From: Acidimicrobiaceae bacterium
GTDB lineage: Bacteria > Actinomycetota > Acidimicrobiia > Acidimicrobiales > RAAP-2
Direction of reading: 5' to 3'
Assembly: GCA_003138815.1 (NCBI GenBank)
Contig: PLHD01000021.1
Coordinates: forward strand, 49,316-113,315
DNA: 64,000 bases
Of this stretch, positions 57,339 to 64,000 are shown piece after piece. A program made the position numbers and the translations under genes. A model generated the notes under the pieces. The model was not told where the DNA came from. It worked only from the letters and a program-made list of their open reading frames with translations, and searched no databases. The first letter of the stretch is position 1. Each line of letters begins with the position of its first letter.

Positions 57339-58479
57339 GGGTGTTCGGCGGCCGGCGTGGGCCGAGATCTCCGCGTCGGCCCTCGCCCACAACGTCGCCG
57401 CGCTGAAGTCCGTCCTCGGCGACACGCTGCTGTGCGCGGTGGTGAAGGCCAACGCCTACGGCCACGGCGCCCAACTCGCCGCCAAGGCGATGCTCGACGG
57501 CGGGGCCGACTCCCTGGCGGTCGCCATCGTCGACGAGGGAATCGAACTGCGCGGCAGCGGCGTGTCGGCGCCGATCCTGCTGCTCGCCGAGATCCCCCCC
57601 GAGACGATCCCCGATGCCCTCAGCCATTCGCTCACCCTGACCATCGGTTCGCTCGAAGGCGCCCGCGCGGCCGTGGCCGCGGCGAAGAAGCTCGGCGGCC
57701 TGCATCGTGTGCACGTCAAACTCGACACCGGAATGGGTCGCATGGGCGTCACGCCTGATGCCATCGACGACGTCGTTGACGTGCTGATCGCGTCGCCGCA
57801 GATCGACTTCGAGGGCCTCTACACGCACTTCAGCGTCGCCGACGGGTCCAGCGCCCAGGACCGCGCCTTCACGCGCGCCCAGATCGAGCGGTTCAATGAA
57901 GTGGTCGCTCACCTGAAGGCGCGGGGCGTCACGCCCAGAATCCTGCACACGGCCAACAGCGCCGGCGCGCTCGGCTACCCCGAGTCGCGCCAGTCGATGG
58001 CCCGCATCGGCCTCGCCCTCTACGGTTACCTGCCCGAGGGCTGGCTCTCGAGCGCGCTCGAGGAGAAGGGATTCACCCTCGAGACGGCCCTGACCCTGCG
58101 CGCGCAGGTGGTGGCCGTGCGGCGCCTCGAGGCCGGTGATCGGCCGAGCTACGGACGGCGCCGGGCCCTGGCCCACGCCGCGACCGTGGCCACGGTGCCC
58201 TTCGGCTACGCCGATGGCTATCCCCGGCGGCTCTTCGACGCCGGCGCCGACGTGCTGATCAACGAGAAGCGATATCCCCTCGCGGGCAACGTGACGATGG
58301 ATCAGCTGCTGGTCGACTGCGACGACGACGAGGTGAGGCCCGGCGACGACGTGGTGCTGCTCGGCCGCCAGGGTGATCAGGAGATCACCGCCGAGGAGTG
58401 GGCGCGCCGCGCCGACACCATCACGTGGGAGATCCTCTGCGGCATCGGCGCCCGGGTGCCCCGCGTGCTCGTGGGCTGA
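57328..58479 (+). CDS. alr: alanine racemase
   Basis: 383-aa ORF; PLP lysine context AVVKANAYGHG and SYGRR/PFGYADGYPR. Confidence 0.93.
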   Translation: MPVEGVRRPAWAEISASALAHNVAALKSVLGDTLLCAVVKANAYGHGAQLAAKAMLDGGADSLAVAIVDEGIELRGSGVSAPILLLAEIPPETIPDALSHSLTLTIGSLEGARAAVAAAKKLGGLHRVHVKLDTGMGRMGVTPDAIDDVVDVLIASPQIDFEGLYTHFSVADGSSAQDRAFTRAQIERFNEVVAHLKARGVTPRILHTANSAGALGYPESRQSMARIGLALYGYLPEGWLSSALEEKGFTLETALTLRAQVVAVRRLEAGDRPSYGRRRALAHAATVATVPFGYADGYPRRLFDAGADVLINEKRYPLAGNVTMDQLLVDCDDDEVRPGDDVVLLGRQGDQEITAEEWARRADTITWEILCGIGARVPRVLVG

Positions 58480-58482
58480 GCC

Positions 58483-59028
58483 GTGCTCGATCGGATCGAA
58501 CTCTCGTCGTGCACGCGCTGCGCACTGTCGAGGACCCGACAGCGCGTCGTCATCGGGTCCGGCCCCCAGGGCCCCGCGCTGATGGTGGTGGGCGAGGCGC
58601 CTGGGCGCACCGAGGACGAGGGAGGCGAGCCCTTCATCGGGCCGAGCGGGCAGCTGCTCTTTCGCCTGCTCGAAGAGGAGGTGGGTCTCACGCGCGCGCA
58701 GTGCTTCGTCACGAACGTGGTGAAGTGCCGCCCCCCGAACAACCGGGCGCCGAAGCGCGAGGAGCTCGAGGCCTGCCGTCCCTGGTTCGACGCCCAGCTC
58801 GATGACGTCAGGCCCGGGGCGGTCCTGGCCCTGGGCAACACCGCGGCCCGTTCGGTCTTCGGCTACGAGCGCGGCATCGGCACCACCCACGGCCTGGTCG
58901 TGCGGCTCGCCGGCGGACCGGGTTTGGCGACCTACCACCCCGCCGCGGCGCTGCGCGGTGGGTCCCGCGTGGTCGAAGTGATGCGCGCGGACCTGCGGAT
59001 CCTCAAGTCGCTGGTGGCGCCGTCGTGA
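58483..59028 (+). CDS. family 4 uracil-DNA glycosylase (4Fe-4S type)
   Basis: 181-aa ORF with GTG start; CxxC at the N-terminus, motif A GEAPGRTED, FVTNVVKCRPP, motif B HPAAALR. Confidence 0.85.
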   Translation: MLDRIELSSCTRCALSRTRQRVVIGSGPQGPALMVVGEAPGRTEDEGGEPFIGPSGQLLFRLLEEEVGLTRAQCFVTNVVKCRPPNNRAPKREELEACRPWFDAQLDDVRPGAVLALGNTAARSVFGYERGIGTTHGLVVRLAGGPGLATYHPAAALRGGSRVVEVMRADLRILKSLVAPS

Positions 59029-59504
59029 GCTGGCAGCGCTACTGCGCCAGCGCGCCCGACGCCATGAGGGCGGGCGAGGAGTTCGCCGACGTGCTCGAGT
59101 GCGGCGACATGGTCCTGCTCTCGGGCCCGCTCGGAGCCGGCAAGACGACGTTCACCAAGGGCGTGGCCAAGGGCCTCGGGGTCGTCGAGCGCGTCACCAG
59201 TCCGACCTTCACCATGGTGCGCCCGCACCGGTGCCACAACGATCGGGGGATCGAGACGCTCCACCACGCTGACGTCTACCGCGTGGAGACCCTCGGCGAG
59301 GTGCTGGACCTGGCCCTGGGCGAGCTGGTCGAGGAGTCCGGAGTCGCCGTGGTGGAGTGGGGCGAGCTCGGGGCGTCGGTCTTCGGACGCGTCGTCATGA
59401 CCGTTCGCTTCGACATCGACGACGACGAGGGCCGCCTGCTGAGCGTCGACGGGCCGCTGGCCGAGGAGCGGGCCGGCGCGCTCGATGAGTGGGTCGCCCG
59501 GTGA
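59025..59504 (+). CDS. tsaE: tRNA t6A37 biosynthesis ATPase TsaE
   Basis: 159-aa ORF; Walker A GPLGAGKTTFTKG and HADVYRV. Confidence 0.88.
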   Translation: MSWQRYCASAPDAMRAGEEFADVLECGDMVLLSGPLGAGKTTFTKGVAKGLGVVERVTSPTFTMVRPHRCHNDRGIETLHHADVYRVETLGEVLDLALGELVEESGVAVVEWGELGASVFGRVVMTVRFDIDDDEGRLLSVDGPLAEERAGALDEWVAR

Positions 59505-60181
59505 ACCTCCTGGCGATCGAAACGGCGACACCGGCCTGCGGCGTTGGGGTGCGCACCAGCGGCGGGGTCGAACTCACCCGGGTCGTCGACGAGAACCGCC
59601 GCCACACCGAGGTGCTCACGCTGGCCATGGCCGAGCTTCTGGGCGAGTGCGGGCTGCGTCCGCGCGACATCGGGCGCGTCGTGGTGGACCGCGGACCCGG
59701 CCTGTTCACCGGACTGAGGGTGGGCATCGCGACGGCCAGCGCCTTCGCCCAGGCGCTCGGTTGCGGCCTCGTGGGCGTCACGTCGCTCGAGCTGCTGGCG
59801 CACGGCGCGCACGGCGCCGGCGTGCGAGGCACGCTCGTGGCTGGCGTGGACGGGCGCCGGGGGGAGGTCTTCGTCCAGACCTTCGCCCTCGCCGAGGCGC
59901 TCGTGGCGACGAGCCGGCCTGCGGTGGCGGTGGCGCGCGACGTGGTGATCCAGTGGGCGACCAACGGCGACCCCGTGACCTTCACCGGCGACGGGGTCGA
60001 GCGCTACGCGCAGGACTTCGGCGCGGTGCCCAACGGGCACGTCTTCGTCCAGACGGTGCCCCCGGTGCACGAGGCGCTGGCTCTGGGCTTGCGTCGAGCC
60101 GTAGAGACGTCGATCACACCGCTCTACCTGCGCGAGGCCGACGCGGTGGCGAACTTCACGACGCGAGAGCGACCCCGGTGA
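59501..60181 (+). CDS. tsaB: tRNA t6A37 biosynthesis protein TsaB
   Basis: GTGA overlap with tsaE; VNLLAIETATPACGVGV and GPGLFTGLRVGIATA. The track start at 59489 is also possible. Confidence 0.85.
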   Translation: MNLLAIETATPACGVGVRTSGGVELTRVVDENRRHTEVLTLAMAELLGECGLRPRDIGRVVVDRGPGLFTGLRVGIATASAFAQALGCGLVGVTSLELLAHGAHGAGVRGTLVAGVDGRRGEVFVQTFALAEALVATSRPAVAVARDVVIQWATNGDPVTFTGDGVERYAQDFGAVPNGHVFVQTVPPVHEALALGLRRAVETSITPLYLREADAVANFTTRERPR

Positions 60182-60654
60182 GTTCGTGGTCGATTCGACT
60201 GGCGAACCGGCGCGACGTGGGCGAGCTGCTGGCGCTCGAGGAAGCCCAGTTCCCCGAACCCTGGACCCGGGGGATGTTGCTCGACGAGATCACCAACACC
60301 GCGACGCGCCGTTACACGGTGGCCGTGCAGGAGATGAAGATCATTGGCTATCTGGGCGTGATGTTCGTGATGGACGAGTTGCACATCAACACCCTAGGCA
60401 CGTTGCCCGGCCACGAGGGGCGCGGGGTCGCCAGTTCGCTGATGGACGACGCGTGGCGCGATGCTCTAGAGCGCGGGGTCATCCGGGCGACCCTCGAAGT
60501 GGCCACGTCGAACACGCGGGCCCAGACGTTCTACTACCGCTACGGCTTCATGCCGGTTGGCGTGCGCAAGAACTACTACGAGCGCACCCACGAGGATGCG
60601 CTGGTGCTGTGGGCCGACGTGGGCGCGCGTCCCGAGGCTCCGGCCGGCTCCTAG
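60178..60654 (+). CDS. rimI: ribosomal-protein-alanine N-acetyltransferase
   Basis: GTGA overlap with tsaB; GNAT motif HEGRGVASSLMDDAW and YYRYGFMPVGVRKNYY. Trimmed from track ORF 59485. Confidence 0.85.
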   Translation: MSSWSIRLANRRDVGELLALEEAQFPEPWTRGMLLDEITNTATRRYTVAVQEMKIIGYLGVMFVMDELHINTLGTLPGHEGRGVASSLMDDAWRDALERGVIRATLEVATSNTRAQTFYYRYGFMPVGVRKNYYERTHEDALVLWADVGARPEAPAGS

Positions 60655-60803
60655 CCCCACGTCGGACGAACCCGCCCAGAGCACGCGCACGACGTTCCTG
60701 ACGAGGTCCCCGATGAGCTCGACGGCCGCGTCGAGGACTTGGGCGAGTACGCCGCCTCGACCCGGTTATCGCGCTCGCGCGGGGCGGACCTACGCTTGGG
60801 GGT

Positions 60804-61808
60804 ATGGCGATGGTTCTGGGCATCGAGACGAGCTGCGACGAGACCGCGGCCGCGGTGGTCGACGCTGACTTCCACGTCATCTCGTCGATCGTCGAGTCGT
60901 CGATCGACCAGCACCGTGCCTTCGGCGGGGTCGTGCCCGAGCTCGCCGGCCGGGCGCACGTGACCACCATCGGGCCGGTGGTGAACCGCGCGCTGGTCGA
61001 GGCCGGCCTCGATCCCCACGATCCCGAGATCGACGGGATTGCCGTCACCAGCGGACCGGGCCTCATCGGGTCGCTGCTCGTGGGGCTCTCGGCCGCCAAG
61101 GCCTACGCCTTGGCGTGGGGCCTGCCGTTCGTCGGGGTGAACCACCTCGAGGGACACCTTTTCGCGCCGCTGCTCGAGCAGCCCGGCCTCGAGTGGCCGC
61201 TGCTCACCCTGCTGGTGTCGGGCGGGCACAGCATGATCGTCCTGCAGAGCGGCCCTGGCCAGCACGAGGTGCTCGGCGAGACCATCGACGACGCGGCCGG
61301 CGAGGCGTACGACAAGGTGGCGCGCTGGCTCGGACTGGGCTACCCCGGCGGACCCGAGATCGACCTGCTGGCCCAGCAGGGTACCGCGGGCTCGCTGAAG
61401 CTGCCGGTCTCCATGACCGGCCCGGACCTCGACTTCTCGTTCTCGGGCCTGAAGACGGCCGTCGTGCGAGCGACCCAGAGGCACGGCGACGTCGCGCTGG
61501 CCGACGTCGCGGCGTCGTTCCAGCGCGCGGTGTGCGAGCAGCTGCTGCGTAAGTTGCGCAGCGCGATGGAGGCCCACGACGTCAAGGGCGTCGCGCTGGC
61601 CGGCGGGGTCGCGGCGAACTCGGCCCTGCGAGCGGGCGTGGAGCAACTGGCCCGCGACTTCGCCGTCGTGGCCCACCTGCCCACGTTGGAGATGTGCACC
61701 GACAACGCGGCGATGATCGCCGCGGCCGGGCTGTACCGACTCGGCGCCGGCGCCGCGAGCTCCCTGGGGCTGTCGGCCGACCCGAACTGGCAACTATCGG
61801 AGGTCTGA
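60804..61808 (+). CDS. tsaD: tRNA N6-adenosine threonylcarbamoyltransferase TsaD
   Basis: 334-aa ORF; LGIETSCDETAAAVV, NHLEGHL and SGGHS. Confidence 0.95.
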   Translation: MAMVLGIETSCDETAAAVVDADFHVISSIVESSIDQHRAFGGVVPELAGRAHVTTIGPVVNRALVEAGLDPHDPEIDGIAVTSGPGLIGSLLVGLSAAKAYALAWGLPFVGVNHLEGHLFAPLLEQPGLEWPLLTLLVSGGHSMIVLQSGPGQHEVLGETIDDAAGEAYDKVARWLGLGYPGGPEIDLLAQQGTAGSLKLPVSMTGPDLDFSFSGLKTAVVRATQRHGDVALADVAASFQRAVCEQLLRKLRSAMEAHDVKGVALAGGVAANSALRAGVEQLARDFAVVAHLPTLEMCTDNAAMIAAAGLYRLGAGAASSLGLSADPNWQLSEV

Positions 61809-62419
61809 TGAGTGATCACTGGCTACCACTGCACGTCGCGGACTGCGACCCCGATCCCTTCGTCCAGTTCCGCACGTGGTTCGACGAGGCCGAGCCCGAG
61901 ATGAACGAGCGCGAGGCCGTCGCGCTGGTGACCGCGACCCTCGACGGCCACCCGAGCGCGCGGATGGTGCTGCTGCGCCACGTCGGCAACGACTCGTTCG
62001 GCTGGTTCACGAACTACGAGTCGCGCAAGGGCCACGACCTCGAGGCGAACCACCACGCCGCGCTGCTGTGGTACTGCGAGTCGCTGGGCCGCCAGATTCG
62101 CATCGAGGGCACCGTCGCCAAGATGAGCGACGCCCAGTCCGATGCGTACTTCAGCTCCCGGGCCCGGGGCCACCAGATCGGCGCCCACGCCAGCCACCAG
62201 AGCGAGCCGCTGGTCAGCCGCCAGGAGATCGAGGACCGCGTTCGCGAGCTCGAAGCCCGGTTCGAGGGTGTCGAGGTTCCGCGACCCGAGTACTGGGGCG
62301 GCTATCTGCTCACGCCGACGTTCTTCGAGTTCTGGCAGCACCGCGAGGACCGGCTGCACGACCGGGTGTTCTACACGTCCGATCACCATGCCTGGAGCCG
62401 GGAGCGCCACTCGCCCTAA
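61808..62419 (+). CDS. pdxH: pyridoxamine 5'-phosphate oxidase
   Basis: TGATG junction with tsaD; SARMVLLRHV, RQIRIEGTV and C-terminal FEFWQHREDRLHDR. Confidence 0.92.
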   Translation: MSDHWLPLHVADCDPDPFVQFRTWFDEAEPEMNEREAVALVTATLDGHPSARMVLLRHVGNDSFGWFTNYESRKGHDLEANHHAALLWYCESLGRQIRIEGTVAKMSDAQSDAYFSSRARGHQIGAHASHQSEPLVSRQEIEDRVRELEARFEGVEVPRPEYWGGYLLTPTFFEFWQHREDRLHDRVFYTSDHHAWSRERHSP

Positions 62420-62445
62420 GAGCTGAGGCGTAAGTCCCCGGGCGG

Positions 62446-62475
62446 GGAGGCACTTCCCAGTGCCGGGCTCCTTTT
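62446..62475 (+). terminator. rho-independent terminator after pdxH
   Basis: GGAGGCACT-tccc-AGTGCC(ggg)CTCC followed by TTTT. Confidence 0.5.
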
Positions 62476-62500
62476 GGCACTCCAAGCTGTAGGCTGCTAA
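62474..62500 (+). promoter_or_regulatory. CIRCE (HrcA operator) copy 1
   Basis: TTGGCACTC-N9-GGCTGCTAA versus consensus TTAGCACTC-N9-GAGTGCTAA (15/18). Confidence 0.7.
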
Positions 62501-62503
62501 ATT
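62474..62503 (+). promoter_or_regulatory. candidate groESL promoter
   Basis: TTGGCA-18 nt-TAAATT, overlapping the first CIRCE copy. Confidence 0.45.
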
Positions 62504-62528
62504 GGCAGTCAAGAGTTCCGAGTGCTAA
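62502..62528 (+). promoter_or_regulatory. CIRCE (HrcA operator) copy 2
   Basis: TTGGCAGTC-N9-GAGTGCTAA (16/18), 22 nt upstream of the groES ATG. Confidence 0.8.
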
Positions 62529-62549
62529 TCGCCCAGGAGGCAATACAAC

Positions 62550-62843
62550 ATGAATCTGCACCCCCTAGAAGACCGCATCGTGGTCCGTCCCAACGTTGCC
62601 GAGGCCACCACGGCTTCCGGTCTCGTCATCCCCGACACCGCCAAGGAGAAGCCCCAGCAGGGTGAGGTCCTCGCCACCGGTCCCGGTCGTCGCACCGAGA
62701 ACTCCGGCGAGCTGATCCCCACGGGCGTCAGCGTCGGCGACACGGTCGTCTACTCGAAGTACGGCGGCACCGAGATCACCGTAGACGGCGAGGACCTGTT
62801 GATCCTCTCCAGCCGCGACGTTCTCGCCACCATCTCCAAGTAG
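62550..62843 (+). CDS. groES: co-chaperonin GroES
   Basis: 97-aa ORF; [38 protein letters not shown]. Confidence 0.97.
   Translation: MNLHPLEDRIVVRPNVAEATTASGLVIPDTAKEKPQQGEVLATGPGRRTENSGELIPTGVSVGDTVVYSKYGGTEITVDGEDLLILSSRDVLATISK

Positions 62844-64000
<1,157 letters not shown>

Noticed and set aside
60655-60803. 149-nt gap between rimI and tsaD as a hidden small gene or RNA
   Set aside because: The small frames there have low GC3 and no Shine-Dalgarno, and I found no convincing hairpin or repeat. It is probably just an internal promoter region.
57043-61793. Minus-strand ORFs 57043-58938 (631 aa) and 60651-61793 (380 aa)
   Set aside because: They are antisense to acpS/alr/udg and to tsaD respectively, with low-complexity composition.

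Overview
GC-rich, very gene-dense chromosomal window with actinobacterial-type proteins (DevR/DevS-like two-component system, MptB-like mannosyltransferase, nested lysC beta subunit, leaderless-looking promoters). I call 77 complete CDS (one of them frameshifted), one partial CDS and 4 tRNAs. Almost all of it is core housekeeping. In order: ask-asd, phoU, rmuC, gltA, tesB, gtrA, yajQ, then tRNA-Thr/Met-rpmG-tRNA-Trp-secE-nusG-rplKAJL-rpoBC. This continues into rpsL-rpsG-fusA-tuf and the S10, spc and alpha ribosomal operons, then truA, rplM-rpsI, glmM, glmS, acpS, alr, tsaEBD/rimI, pdxH and groES-groEL (cut at the window end). The only block that interrupts the ribosomal supercluster is an 8-kb minus-strand unit between map and infA. 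It carries a PNPOx-like gene, a single-GAF DevS-like kinase, a DevR-like regulator and cydABDC. I see no rRNA, CRISPR, transposase, integrase, prophage or defence-island signature, and I could not identify a convincing novel multi-gene system. The observations most worth a second look are: (1) TAG is the majority stop codon, and TGA appears only at operon-internal start/stop junctions. (2) All five convergent gene pairs share one palindromic CTAG double stop. (3) A DosR-type box lies upstream of an apparently leaderless cydA, next to a minimal DevS/DevR pair. (4) rpsJ is fused to the tuf unit and separated from rplC by a 240-nt structured spacer. (5) infA appears to start at CTG behind a structured leader. 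The many long antisense ORFs in the track are typical high-GC artefacts and were rejected.
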